In this document: positions 14,808 to 28,630 of the stretch, piece after piece
How positions within the stretch are numbered: position 1 is the first letter of the stretch
How the letters are laid out: each line of letters begins with the position of its first letter
Made by a program: the position numbers and the translations under genes
Source: Paecilomyces variotii
Taxonomy: Eukaryota
Strand: one strand, 5' to 3'
Assembly: GCA_004022145.1 (NCBI GenBank)
Contig: RCNU01000001.1
DNA length: 64,000 nucleotides
The notes under the pieces: model-generated
The model's input: only the letters and a program-made list of their open reading frames with translations
Database searches by the model: none
Told to the model about the DNA's origin: nothing

Positions 14808-15724
14808 TTAGTCATACACCTCCTCATACGCTTCTTCGTACTCTTCTCTCGCCTCCTGCAGATCCTCGACGTCACTGCTCGACGCAGAGGGCGGGTACTC
14901 AGGAGGGGCAGAGTACTCCGCTGCGCGCTCTTCTGCGCGTCCTTCTTCCTCGCCTTCTTCTCTTTCTTCGTCTGTGAAGTTGATATAGTTAGTTAATATT
15001 CATTCAGATGATAATACAACGTGAAGACAAGAGAAAGGTGTTAGTGCTAGCAAAGGGGAAACATACTAAACTCATGCTCCAACAGAGCACCACCAATCGC
15101 ACCAGCAGCAACTCCTATCGCTCCCGCAGCGACAATCTTGCCTGTGTCACTGTGCTTTTCCTCTTTCTTCTCCTCAACGTAATACTCGCCTGGCGGGGGA
15201 CCAGCCGGAGGGGCATAGCCACCTCCATAAGGCTCAGCGCGAGGAGCGTCGTAGCCGGGCGAGTAAGGTGCCTCCCATTGCGAACGGCCGGTGGATTGGT
15301 CAACGTAGAAGGCACGCTGGCTGTATGAATCCCATTGCTGGATCCAGCCAGCGGGGAGTGGTGGGGGAGCGACGGGAGGAGGACGGTATGAGGGAGGAGG
15401 AGCGCCGTAGGGCTGCTGCTGTTGAGGAGGGTAGGAAGGTTGGCCGTATCCGGGCTGGCTGTATGGCTGCTGCTGGCCGTAGGGGGCATCGTAGGGTTGC
15501 TGGGGAGGAGGTGGTGGAGGACGGCCGTAGGAGTCGTAGCCGCGAGAGACTGGTAGGAGGGTGTTAGTTTGGCTTCAGAGAGAATATGATAGAAAGAAGG
15601 AATGAAGAGCGTGGTTGTTTCGAGTGTTAACGTCTCGATCGAGGGTTTGTGTATACATACCTTCTTGTCTCTCCTCGTGCTTGTTGAAGAGGTTCATATC
15701 TTCAAACTTCTTTAAGAACGACAT
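14808..15724 (-). CDS. WW-domain, Pro/Tyr-rich small protein (3 exons)
   Basis: Start MSFLKKFEDMNLF at 15724. Exon 2 encodes LPAGWIQQWDSYSQRAFYVDQSTGRSQWEAP (WW signature). The acidic tail ends EEAYEEVYD with TAA at 14808. Not shown in this frame in the ORF track. Confidence 0.8.
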
Positions 15725-16964
15725 GGTTTCTGAGTACTATCGTATCCGTGCGCTGTATCTGATATGATATGATATGATATGATCGAGTCAAAGTGTTGGA
15801 GATTGATTCAATATGCAATAAAAGTGTCAGAGTGCTGGAGGGTTCTTGAAATCCAGAAGACAGCCCCTCTATTTAAATACCGCAAGCTGAACCCCAAGAC
15901 ACTAGACAGACTGCTGGGCTGCTTGGCAGATCCGCTGACTCAAAAGTCTGTGGTTGTCACCAACTACTAGTTTGCTAACTAATTAGCAGTGAATCTATTA
16001 TTATTCCAGTATAGATAGCACTGTTAGTAACAGTTTGAGAGATGAATGATCCATAAATACGTGGGCCCGCTCCGTACCCCATATTTCCTTTTTCAGCCAC
16101 AATGGCAGTGCAGAGCTGCGTCTATTAACCGGAAGACTGTTGATGATGACATGGTTTCTTTGTGTATTCAAACAAGAACTTGAGTGGTACACAGTATAAT
16201 TAGTACTTGATACATTACCATGTCCCATGCAGCAGTAGCTACCTGTTATCCTAATTAGAAGGTAGCTCATGTTTTCAGCTGGATAAAGACAACATCGATC
16301 TCGAGATAGTAAGCCTTCTTAGGCAGTGATCATTCTAAATTGGGGAACCCCGTGGAAGCCTATCATGTCATTTTCATGAACGTTCTAGCGTGCAAGACAC
16401 ACAACACATGGCGCGCGCCAACCTGCTGGCCAAGAACCATGGATTGCATCTTCCGTTCCGAACGGGAACTCCCGATATCTCGGCGTGTGGCTCGGTCACT
16501 TTCGGAGCTTTTCATTGGCCCTGCCCAGCCACAGATGGCGCGCCTCGCAACGGCGTAGTGCGACGTTAGTGGCCCACCGGCTGACCAATAGCGCAGCCCC
16601 TGACTCAACCGCCAGACGTTCTTCCATCTGTTCAGTCGAGAGCTGCGCCAGACGGGTGCTTCTCATATTCAGATATCCATGGGTTGCAAGATGGAGAGAA
16701 GCATGTCTTCTTCTTTCCTAAAAAGCAGCTCTCATGCTTTAAATCGATCTTGAGGAATCCAGACGTACCGGAGGGGCACTCCGGAAACTGCATGGGAAAG
16801 AGCAACCCCCATCGAGATGGATAAAGTGCAGTACATACGCTTTTATCAAACTGTGTAACCACCTGTGTAGATATGTACCGTTAAGACTATCCATTCAATC
16901 AAGCAAGGCCCTCAGTGGCCATTTCCTTTGATTCTACATTCGCTAGGCATTTTTCTCTTCGCAA

Positions 16965-18380
16965 ATGCATCTTTTATCATATGTCTCCGCTGTCCTCGTA
17001 AGTTCAGCAGCAGCAAAGTCCTGCATTAACCAAACCATCCCCGTCAATATCACCGCTCGTATAGGTTTGTTCGATGAGAATATCATTCCGCAGAATGGTA
17101 TCGAAACCGTCACTTTCATACAGAACCTCACACGGCGAGGAGTGAACTTTACGGATACTGCGCTTCTGGGTTATGAGACGATTGGCGGAACCTATAATAT
17201 CAGCACCCAGCTCTGCAGCCCTGATAGACTGTCGGATGATGGGCGGAAGAGGATAGTGCAAGTGCTTACGCATGGTATAGCCTTTGATAAGACGTACGTA
17301 CCTATAGAACTACGACCAGTAGTTATGGAGTTATTTGTGGATTGCCAATCACTAACCACACTATTTGAACCAGATACTGGGACTTGGCGTTTGATGATTA
17401 TAGTTACAGCTATGTCGATGTAGAAACAGATGATTATGGTTTCTACACCCTCAGCTACGATCGCCTGGGAATCGGCCAGTCTTCTCATGGCTCCCCACTG
17501 GAAGTCCAGTTACGGCTTGAGGTAGAAGCATTGCACGCTCTGACTGCCATGCTTCACGAAGGCAGCTTCCCAGACGTTGATGTAGACTTTGATGCAGTCA
17601 TCCATGTTGGCCATTCATTCGGATCCCTTCAGTCACTTCTTCTTACGGCTCTCTATCCCAACATATCAGATGCAGTGGTCCTGACGGGGTTCTCGTCTAA
17701 TGCCTCGTACCTGAATATCTGGACAGCAGGGTGTGATTTCCAACTAGCTCAATACAACCAACCTTCTCGTCTAGGTAGCTACCTATGGGGCGTGACTTTG
17801 CAATCCGTCGCAGCAGAGACGCCATTCGAGGACCTGCTTGCAGGTATCAACATCGAAGCCACACGTGAATCATACAATTATGGTCCCGGGTATCTAGTCC
17901 CTGGGAATAGAAACTCGTTACAATTTGCGTTCTTGGCAGGAGGACATTTTGACCCGTCCATACTTCCCTATGCGGAAAGTATCAAGCAGCCAACTACCCC
18001 TGGCGAACTTCTCACTTTGCGCAGTGCTCCTGCAGAAAGTACCTTTTCAGGTCCGGTCATGGTACTAACTGGCGGTAAGTCATCTTTAGTAGTTGTATTT
18101 CTTCATGACCCATGCATGGTTCGGTTCTCTGATGAACATATCAATATCTATAGAATTCGACGTCCCATTCTGCGGGGGAAACTGTCTCGATACCGGTGAC
18201 CCTGCAGTGACAGCGATTCCAGATACAGTTAGGAGCATCTTCACCAAGATAAATGATGATGATTTCTTCTCATACGTACAACCGAACACGGGCCACGGGA
18301 TTAATATGCATTATAATGCTACTGGTGCTTACAATGTCATTGGACAATGGCTTCGATCCAAGGGTTTAGCGCCCAGGTAG
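16965..18380 (+). CDS. Secreted alpha/beta-hydrolase (2 introns)
   Basis: Signal peptide, QVLTHGI, YDRLGIGQS, nucleophile elbow GHSFG, C-terminal GHGINMH. Confidence 0.85.
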
Positions 18381-18790
18381 ATTAGATGGGACAATATATT
18401 CTTAGCAGTACTTGATATCCTTGGAATTAGATCACTACCTCTACCTCTGCGTACGTATTATACAATGAAGACCGTTGACTCTGTCTTCTCTTGAGGTATT
18501 AATCTAGTCCGATTCCATTCCATTCACGACCGTATCCTGTCATACCCATATAGACATACACATACACGAACACGTACCCGTACACAAGACAAGCCATCAT
18601 CGCGATTCGGATCCCAGATTAAAAAGAAGAGGAGATACATGAAATAATAAACACATACAGAGAAACGAAAGGAATGCCCCAGCCCCTGATTCTTTTCCAT
18701 TTCAATAAGAAAGAGATCTGAACTAACCACACGGATGCTACTTCTCCTCTCCACCTGCACCACTACCACCACCTATATCCACAACGACTC

Positions 18791-20914
18791 TCAAATCGCC
18801 ATCCATCCAGTCCACCGTTCCGGCAGAGAGTTGAGCGATGGTCCATTCGCCATCATTCTGAACGGGGACAAGACCTTCCGGGAGCCAGACTTTGAATTTC
18901 CATCCGGAAGCGAAGGAATTCGAATTCGAGGACCAGTTACCGTCAAAATCTTGAACTGGTTGAGAAGAGGTTTCGGGAAGCTGGCCGGCGAAGCGGCGAC
19001 CGATGAGTTGTTTGGCGGTTTCGAGATCTGGGCATTGGTGTGCGGGGATGTCGAAGCGGGGGAGAATACGTTTGTTGTTTTGGAGGATGTTAATGCGGAG
19101 GGTGATGGGGTATTGTTGTGATGAGGAGGAGGTGGTGTTGTTGGTGTTGGATGCGCCTCCAGTGTTTGTTGTAGGCAGAGGTGGGAAGTTGGATTGTTGT
19201 TGTAATTGTTGGAAGAACTGGGTTTGGGCGGCGGAGACCGAGTCTTGGGCGGAACTGCTCTGTCGAGGGGCTTGTGGAATAGGAGACTGTCCTTCGCGTC
19301 GGGATGCGAGGCTGTCGCGGATGATACGAGAAACGTCTCGGGTGATGCTGCTCGCACTGCAGGAGGAGGGATGTTAGTCGCTGTATGTGATAGAAAATAC
19401 AGAGGAAGAGTAAATGGGACTTACAATTCATTCCTGGCTGGGGTATTTCCATTCCCACCTACTCGCCAATTCAAATGTGAGACCGGATCAGACTGGACAA
19501 TCCGGTTAACGTTGTACTCTTCGCAGGGCCCGCCGCAGTTATGGTCGCCATTGTGGACGATTTGATAATGACTGTCAACAGCAGCAACCAGGCCACGCCA
19601 GTCCGGCTGTTGCAGACCGGATACTGACCAAAGATTGTCCAGCTGTGAGTCGTAATTATACATATCGTACGATCTACAGACCACACCCCAGTCTGTTGGG
19701 TATCCCTCCATCACCAAGTCGGTCAGGCCCAGGTGCATGTCTTCACCTGTTGACTGCATCGGCGGCTGTGGCTGTGGGGGAGCCGGAGTCTGCGCAGGCG
19801 GCGAAAATTGGTGTTGCATCTGAGGGTGCTGGTTATTCGCAGACTGCTCTGGGATAGCGTGGAGATTCTGAAGATTGTCATCTGTCTTTCGTCGCCTTCG
19901 CTCATCGGAACCGCCACCTTTTCGAGTCTCAATGGCATATTGACGCTGCCTCTCATTGGTAACCATCCGTCGAAGCAGTGGAATAACCAACGATATGATC
20001 TTGTGCTGATCCCGTGGCCATATATACTGTCTGGGACCCATTCCTTCGTTGAGGACGTTCTCGCCGAAAAATCGCTCTCCGTGTCCTTCAACTTCCAAGA
20101 AATGCCTCACACAGTTCCATAGCTTCAGCTTAACCATCTCCGTGTCACCCTTTCCTCTCTGACCGACACAATCCCGTCGTTCCGGGTGATTGTCATCCAG
20201 CATATACGCTTTCGCTGCAGCCTGCAAGTGTAAGAAGTTTTCCGGCGACAATTCCAGGGATGCGAAGAGCTTCGACATCGGAGGTCGCGTGTATTTCTTA
20301 TTGCTCGACGGCTGACGGAATAGTGCCGCAGCGGAATGCACACCCGCAGCACGGGCATCCGAGAGCGACTGCTGAGGCGGCAGTTCTCTAATGTTCAACC
20401 CGTCACCATCCATGTGATGCTGCGATTGGTGCTGATGACCAGCCAGGTTCATACTGGAGGCAGAGGCAGTCAGCGCCGGATCAAGAGCATCTTCGTTTCT
20501 TTTTCTCTTTTTAGATACTGTCCTCGAGAGACCAGACATGTTTCCGTGAGAGCTGATCGCAGGCGTCGACGCCGAAGGTCGCAGTCTGCCCATCGTCGGC
20601 GGCGGGCCGCCAAAGCTCGTATCGGCAAAGCTGTCATCTTCAAGATGCATGTCGCCTCCATATCCATCTAGGTGATGATGTCCAGCAGCTCCAGCCGCCG
20701 CCGCAGCAGCAGCCGCAGCGGCCCATTCCGAAACATCCTGGCCAGCAGCAGCTGTCGCAGCTTCCACAAGACCCGCGAGCTGGTTATCGCTGGGGGTATA
20801 GCCAGTAGATGTCATTTGTCCATTCGCATCGAGATGCGATCCATGAGAATGTTGCGTGGAGAAGTCGTTCGAATTAGGAGGATGCTGCGAATGAGGCGCG
20901 GGCGTAGACGTCAT
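18791..20914 (-). CDS. Conserved-looking fungal hypothetical, probably nuclear, protein
   Basis: 497-codon first exon with NLS-like KKRKR and a globular core (YTRPPMSKLFASLEL...LRRMVTNERQRQYA). Intron 19357-19424, second exon ends at TGA 18791. Confidence 0.8.
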
Positions 20915-22096
20915 GGCTAGGACTGTCCCCGGTGATATATCAATTCGTCGCTCGTTTAATCGCTAGACCGATCAGTAAATTATGATGCGATCAGACGATA
21001 CGGATCTGCGCAAAGTACTTCAGTATCTATCTATCAGCTTGACACTCATAGTTCCCTAGCGCGCGTCGTCCACTTACTGTCGGTATTCGCCTCTTAATTG
21101 CGCCGCAAACGAACAAAGCCAGCAATAACGAACTCAGCGCGAACTTCCTGCTCCGCAGTCCAGCGATCTCAATACTCGTCGATGATTATAGCTGCGAGGC
21201 GCTAAGCTTGCGATATCGAGCTTCGACGCGTTCTAGCGGCGATCATACAAAGGGATCCCAACAACAACACAGCGCGCAGTCTTGCCCCCCCGGCCTGCGC
21301 GCTCCGGGGTAGAGCCCCGTAAGGCGATCTGAACCCTGACAGAAAGAGAAACGGCGCGTATGACTTCTGTCTAGATCGTCAGTGGCCTAAGCACCGACGA
21401 TATAGAATATAGATGAATCGGTGACTGGTGTTTGCTTCGTTTGAAAAGCTGTTGTGATGGTTTGAAGAAGAAGCCGACAATGCAAACTTGGCGGGGAGTC
21501 ACGGGTGCCACGTCATGTGATTCCTAATGTCATGTGACGCTCCCGGTGTATTGCGCGTTCATTACGCATGCGTGTAATTGATACGTACAGGAGTTACTGC
21601 ACTATTCCAAGATCAACAATTGAAACCGACCATTTTGCCTATCCTAGTTTTAATAGATGGATCCAATATAGAAACGGGACGCCAGATCGTAGTCCGTGCA
21701 GAAAAAAAGTAGACATCAAACAGAATGCAAGCTCATATCGAAACAGATGCCTTCGCCTGACCCTTTTAAGAAAACTGAAAAACCAACCCCCGTCGTGCCC
21801 GATTCCCTCGGGTATAAGTATGTACCATAAGTGTCAAAAGATAATAGAGAAAATTCATTTCCACCCACCAGCTGAGACGGGAAGGGAAGAATAAAGCCCT
21901 TCTTCTCCCAGGCTTCTACCAGAAGCCAATTCCCCGAGGAGGGCTCTTAATACATGGTTAGAATGCGAGATAATGGCTGAGATCCTTGACCTAGCAGTAT
22001 ATCAATGTCGGAGTATTGATAAAAACCGTGGGCTCGGGCCAACACGAGACCACAACAGCAGACAAGAACGATGGTTCATGGAGGTCATCAGCGGAC

Positions 22097-23365
22097 TTAG
22101 AAACCGTCGCCCTCTTTCCACGGTCGCCCAGCCTCCTTTGCACGGTGGCGAGGGTCGTTTCCTCGCTCCATGGCCGCCATCTTCAAATTGTATAGCATCT
22201 GGTTCTTCTGGTCGATCTGTTCCTGCAGAATAGCATCTCTTCCCACCTCCGGGATCTCTAAGTCGGATGTCTCACCCAGGAGACCGCTGGCACGAGCGTT
22301 TTCAATATCCTGGGACTTCTCCCGCCATCTGTCGAGTTCCTCCTGCAGATCGTTTCGTTGGAACCGAATCCCAAAAAATTCGTCCATTTCCGCCTCTCCG
22401 CCGAAGCAGAGGCCAAATCCGTCACAGTAGCAAACGTTCTGCAACGGACAGAAGACGTTTTCGCCGGTGAAAACGACATGCCACAGGTATTCCCACACAC
22501 GGCCCGAAATGTAGTCACTCAACTCGGTTCTTAGCAACCAATCCCGGTAAAAGACGAAGCGCGATTTGGGGATCGCCAGGACTCTCTCCCGCGAAAGGGC
22601 AAACTGGGCGCAACAGGGCTGCGCAAGTACGTCTGGAATCGGGTCATTGGGGAAGATCTCGCTCCAAGATCGAGCCAACATGGTCTCCTCCTGTTTCGAC
22701 GAGTCTTCCTCCAGTGTACCCGGGTGCATCCAGTCCGGACAACCCGGAGACCAGTTGCACCGCATATTCATATATCCCTCTCTAGCAACACGGTTCGGGT
22801 TGAGCCGTCGCAGCATCTCTGCCGCGTTCCAGTCGAGGATATCATCGTTGTGCCAAGCCATCTGGTGCGCATGCATGAATGCCATGATATCCGGCAGATT
22901 CTCATAATTGTCGATGATGAAAGTCAAATAGACCATGACCTCGTGGCCCTTGTTCTTCGGGGGATGGAGCGGCGCAGATGGATCGTCAGCCACGTAGACG
23001 GCTGCCTCCCAATCAGGCAGTTCTCGTTCTATCCACTCAGTGTCCTCCTCTTTTATCCGGGGCACCACCAACATCTTCGAATAGAACGAGCCTGGTGGCT
23101 TCGCAGTGCCGGGCGCGTAATGTGGGCGAGGGCCATAGGGAAACTTGGTCGGGCGGTCTTGTTGTGTGCTGATGTTGAATGCCGATGCGGAAGGTTGCGC
23201 ACTTGATGATGACGACGACTTTGTATCAGAGACCGACTCGCCCATCCCCACGACCTGCGGGATTTCGCGCCATCTTTCCCCGTCCCTGAGTCGCCGGAAC
23301 GACAGCACGAGCAGGACGAAGAGAACAACGCCGACGAGGGAAATCGTCCGTCTGGAAGAAAGCAT
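22097..23365 (-). CDS. DUF3431-family membrane-anchored protein
   Basis: N-terminal TM segment, PKNKGHEVMVYLTFIIDNY, FMHAH..WHND, CCAQFA, GRVWEYLWH. Confidence 0.9.
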   Translation of the reverse strand: MLSSRRTISLVGVVLFVLLVLSFRRLRDGERWREIPQVVGMGESVSDTKSSSSSSAQPSASAFNISTQQDRPTKFPYGPRPHYAPGTAKPPGSFYSKMLVVPRIKEEDTEWIERELPDWEAAVYVADDPSAPLHPPKNKGHEVMVYLTFIIDNYENLPDIMAFMHAHQMAWHNDDILDWNAAEMLRRLNPNRVAREGYMNMRCNWSPGCPDWMHPGTLEEDSSKQEETMLARSWSEIFPNDPIPDVLAQPCCAQFALSRERVLAIPKSRFVFYRDWLLRTELSDYISGRVWEYLWHVVFTGENVFCPLQNVCYCDGFGLCFGGEAEMDEFFGIRFQRNDLQEELDRWREKSQDIENARASGLLGETSDLEIPEVGRDAILQEQIDQKNQMLYNLKMAAMERGNDPRHRAKEAGRPWKEGDGF

Positions 23366-24713
23366 GGAAAAAGGCGAGCGAAGGAATCAGAACTAAAGGG
23401 GGCAGGAACTAGAACCACCTGCAGCAGAAGAATGATCGTCAGTCCTGGACCATCAATTCCAGTAAAGATATTCCGTAGCAGCGAAGAGTCCTCCCACAGT
23501 GTGTAGACAGAGTCTCCGGTTCATCTAGAAATCCATTTGCAGACGTACTTAGGCTCGAAGGTCCAGCATCGGCTCGAATGTTGAGGATGTCAGAAGGGCA
23601 GCGGACAATGAGGGCAGACTGATGACATCCCAGCTGCTGAGTCCCCCGGCGGTCGAAAACGGCGCAAATAACTGTTGTAGCCCTTGGGACCGATGCAGAG
23701 GCACTACAACCACAGCAGCAACAATAATGTCGATGGGATGAATGGGATGGCAGTTGAAGAAAAGGCTGGCCTCGTGCGACAGTACGGCCAGGACAACGAC
23801 GCGAACGGGAGAGAGGCGGGCCCCGGTGGATGTGGGTGACGAGCGCACGCCCGCGCTCACTGGACGGTGGCAGTTGGCGTCCGCAGAGGCAACGGGCGGC
23901 CCTTTTGGGGGCGGCGATTTTGTCCAGATCCGAGATCGTATTGATCAATTGTTATTATCATTATTATCCAGCTTGCTGATCCAGAAGGGAGGACAAACAA
24001 CCGCAGTCTCTGACAGAGCCCGTGTTGCCATGACGCCGCGACGAACCCCTCTAAATACCCGGCCAGCTGGCATCCCAGTCTGAGTCGTCCGTGGTTCCAG
24101 TTCAAACCCTTGACGACCAGATCTTCCAGTCGCACCAGGGAAGGCTTGGCCAGAGTCTTGTTACGACGACGCTGGGAGCAGATAGATTATAATAATGGAG
24201 GAGCGTAGGCTCTGAGCTTTTCGCCGCCGTGATCGGCAGCATCAGATTCCCACTTCGACGGCCACACCCTGAAGCTAGCTAAGGCACGACTGAGCGTGCC
24301 TGGGGACCGATCGACAGGGGCTTCCAGCATCTGCCTTGATAAATGACATTCGGCGAGACTATGTCTGTTTGAGTCTTTAAGACGTAACTATATGGCATTG
24401 ATCTATCGTTCTATACAGCATACGAGCAGATATATTGGTGGCGATATTCCAGGTAGCTACAAGTATATCACGAATGCAAAGAATGCTTGTCTGCAACAAA
24501 AATAAAAGATATTCCTTTTTACTATATGATGTGCTGTGCTTATCTCTTCCAGTGGGAAATGCTAGGTGGAATACACAATGTATATCGAGACACAAACAAG
24601 ATAGCGGGTATTGATCCTAAGTCGTATACACAACGCCTGATCGCACAAATTCCAAGTCACAAATTATCATTACAAGAAACCAGCTGAAACGAAGAAAAAT
24701 GCATTTCCATCGC

Positions 24714-27211
24714 TTAAGCATCGTCATCTGCAACCTCTTCAACAGTTGCAACGCGACTTTTGCCCTTGGACGATGACGAAGCCGACGGTGACGACGTATC
24801 AACAGAGCTACTCGGCTCACCACCAGGCTTTTCCACGGCGTTCAAGTCAGACGGGCCCTCCATTCTATCTGACGCCGGCTCCTGCAGAACATCTGTCCAC
24901 TCTTGCGATGGTGACTCTGAGCGTACCGCGTTCTCTGGAACGGATGCAGGAACTGATGCAACGGCCTCTGGGCTTTGATTGTCCGAATTGGACGTGCCCG
25001 AAGTTTCCTCAGCCGAGCTGCTGGTAGTGCGGAGTTCGTCACTAGAGCGAGACTCCATTTCAGGTGCCTGCGCGGGACTCGAGGTAGATGGTTGCGTCGT
25101 AGGAGTAGGCCCTGCTGCTGCGGGAGGATGGCTGGACGGCAACAGCCCACCAGGGCCCTGGGCGGCATTATGAAGTGGGAGAAGTGTCCAGCCGGGAGGC
25201 AGAGTGAGTCCTTCGGGGAGGCGACTGTCTCCTGCTCCCATGGGTGGAGTCTGTGGGCTTGAGAAGAATTGCCGATGAAGCGTCATAGCAGGAGGAACTG
25301 GAGCATTCGCTGAGGGCACGCCTGCGTTGTTCTGGTTATCTTGGAGATTACGGAGCCTATGCAATTCCGCTTGCAGTAATCGTACAACGTGAAGTTGATC
25401 AGCAGCGACGCGCAGGTTATTAATCTCCTGGTTCATCTGCTGCTCGATCTGCTGTAGCTGGCCTTGCATGTTGGCGAAGTTGTTGGTGAGGGTAGGCTGG
25501 GCAGGCGCTGCAGGCTGAGGTGGTGGCCGCCCGAAACCGAAACCAAATCCTATCTGCTGTGCGCCTGGGAGAACGTTAGGAGGAGCAGCGGGTGGCGCTG
25601 GGACATTCCCTTGGTGAAGTTGTTGATGGAGATTCTGGAACAGGTCTCCGCGGCCAGCACCGAAGCCAATCCGGAAAGGTCCAAACTGGTATATCCTCGC
25701 CCTCGGCTGCCCATCCATAGCAGGCAAGTTTGGACCTGCTGGCTGATTTGGTCCTGCTACACCAGGCTGGCCTCCAGCAGCGGCATCATTAGGTCTGCCG
25801 TCGTTATTGACAGCCCCGCCATTGAAAGCCCGGTTCCGCTGAGGTACGACAACGGGTCGTCGACAGGTAGGACAGTTTTGCTGTCTTTCTAGCCAGCTTC
25901 GTAGACAAGAAAAGTGAAGGATGTGACCACAAGGCAACTTCTTAGGGCGCAGACGGTCAGGGATGTTCGCCCTGGGACGCGCGGGAGCAGCTCCAGCATC
26001 AGCGCCAGGCGCAGCAGGTTGCGCCCAAGGGACCATTTCCTCGCGGCAAATAATGCAAACATCCTCGCGACTCATGTCCTCGGCTGTAGCATCGGGATAG
26101 CGTTCATTCATATCCCTAGTAGCGTTGCGGTAACGTACGAAATCCACGATCCGTTTACCAAACGAGCGTATTGTGACCACAACGTCGCGCAGAATGTGAA
26201 TCGGGAGGCCGTAGAAAGTAAAGAGAATGGCAAAGAAGGACAGATAGACCACGAGTTTGAAAAAGTCGGTAACAAGGTCGAGGTAGAAAACCCATCGGCC
26301 TTTCTCCTCCCAGCCTGGCACGTCGAGCTCCATCTCATCGATATCGTTCTCATCGGGGAGGGGAGCTGTAGAATCGCTTTGTCCGGTGGCCGCACGTTGC
26401 CGCAACGCTTCCTCTCTCTCTGCGCGCAATTCAGCTCTGCGTTCCTCAAGCTTCATTCTCTTTTGTCTGTGTGTTATATATAGTTCGACAAGGGAGATCG
26501 CATATCTGGCAGCCGTCGAGGTGGACAGGATCGTCAAAACCGCGAATTCGAAACCGAACATCACCATCATGTCTGGCCTAGCTTGCTGAAGGACTGTCTT
26601 TACGGAGTACTTGAGCATGAAGGAATCGAACAGGACGGAAAGAACGAGAGACGTCGCAAGGCGGGTATGAAATAGGAGCGGGTTCGAAGGCGGTTGCTGC
26701 TCCAGTATCTCCAGTCGCCCTTCGCCAATCCATCCCCAGACCTTTCCAGCCAGAAGACACACAAACATCACCAGAAACCAACCTCCGAGTTCGCCGCGGA
26801 AGATGGTCATCGCCAAGCAAGTTTCCGTGACTGCGAACCAGGCCTTCTCGTACAGCTGCTCCGTCTCGATCGGCCGTAGAGGGCCGTACAGCAACCGCTG
26901 CAGGCCATAGAGTAGAAACCCAACAACCACTAGACATAGATTCGTCAAGATCTGTATCTGGTCAGAACTGCTCCTGTCTCAAAGAGAGCGGAGACTAGCT
27001 TCCATGGGGCATCTATTGGGGAAGCTCACCATCAGATTCGCGCTGCTCTGGGAAAGATAGACACAGGCAGAATAAAAATTGGCTCTCTGGTGAAGAGCCT
27101 TCAAGATCACGCCCGCGGCTAGAGCCACAGAGGCCTGGAAAACAGTCAGCTGCATGCTCCGTGGCTGCTCTCAAAGCGGACACCTACCCCAGTATACGCC
27201 GCCAACCTCAT
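24714..27211 (-). CDS. hrd1: ERAD E3 ubiquitin ligase Hrd1 (RING-H2)
   Basis: Start MRLAAYTG at 27211, two short 5' introns, [35 protein letters not shown]...[28 protein letters not shown]. Confidence 0.95.
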
Positions 27212-28481
27212 GACGAAGGTCCAAAAGTGATCCGGATGAAGCTTGTTGTCATGGACGGGAACAAGTTGAGATACAAGGTATCGTCAAGAAGACATCGTCC
27301 TCCCAGTCATGCCAGCATCCCTGGATTCCTTCGACAGACTGTATACTCAGTCGTAGGAGAGTCGCGTGTTATCGTCTTGCGTTCTGGACAGCTATGCTCT
27401 CCCGTCTTTTCGCCGACGCCCGCCCTCCGCATATTACGTCAGCCGTCGGCTCGGAATTTATCAACCCGTAGATGGTTCGGGAAATCCCCACAGGCACGTT
27501 GATGGCAACTGCTACTTACAACACGATCGTCTCAAAGCAGATGCTTGCTTTATCAGTAGTATTGGCATTATTGCAGGCCAGATTCATATTCAGCGCACTT
27601 CTTACGGGAATACAATATCACTCTCCTCCTTGGCTAATTGAGCTAAGGGAGAAATATGTAAATGCATGAACTGCGATGGCTGCAACCCGACAATATATTT
27701 CTTTAACATGAGGCAATTATATGCTCGTGATTCTGGGATGAACTGGCTCATCTCCAATCTCTGCCATCTTCTGCTCCAGCAGAACCGTCATTTCCTTCAC
27801 GATATCCTGATAGCGTGGTTCATGATACACGTTGAATAGTTCGAGAGGATCCTCCTGGCAGTCAAACAACTCCCATTCCTTCTGATCCTCTGCCCCTGGA
27901 TGTGCTCCCGGAACTTCTAATGCCTCGTTGTACCAATAGATAAGCTTGTAACGGTGATTACGGATACCATAGTGGGCATACGCATGGTGGATAATATCGT
28001 TGTGCATCCAGTACCGGTGATAAGCAATTTGCTTCCAGTCCTTGGGCGTTTCTCCACGAAGGAGAGAACGGAACGAAGTGCCCTGCATATAACTCGGTAT
28101 CGGTAGGCGGGCAAAGTCGAGCCAAGTCGCTGCGAAATCCACATTACAGATGATGTCGTCGCAAATCGAGCCCGCCTTGATCTCATTGGGGTACCGAATG
28201 AGAAAAGGCATCTGGAAGGATTCCTCGTACATGAACCGCTTGTCAAACCAACCATGTTCTCCCAGGAAGAAGCCTTGATCAGATGTATAGATGACAACGG
28301 TATTCTTTCCCAGTTCAGGTTCCTCGTGGTCCAGATAATCAAGGATTCGACCAACATTATCATCAATCGACTGGATGGTTCGAAGGTAGCGCTGCATGTA
28401 GCGCTGATATTTAAACTCAGCCAGTTGCGACTGAGATGAGAATGTAAAGACAGTGCCAGTATCCTTGTCTATAAGACGCAA

Positions 28482-28618
28482 TTTTGGTGCCCCTAGGGGC
28501 TCCAGTAGTGGTCGCCCGCGCCAGCAGCCAGCTTAGTCAGCAGAGTAGTAGCCAGATAGATCAGTTCAGCTCCCCCCTAGATAGCTTCCTTAATTAAGTA
28601 TCTTTGTCAGCTCTAAGA
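28482..28618 (+). repeat. 5' LTR (137 bp)
   Basis: 131/137 identical to 33335-33471. The six differences are all C>T in this copy (28485, 28591, 28595, 28599, 28605, 28614). Confidence 0.95.
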
Positions 28619-28630
28619 GGTTATAAGCCC
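28619..28630 (+). other. Primer-binding site (half-tRNA-iMet type)
   Basis: GGTTATAAGCCC directly after the 5' LTR. This is GGTTATGAGCCC with one G>A change, complementary to the initiator tRNA-Met anticodon arm GGGCUCAUAACC. Confidence 0.8.
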
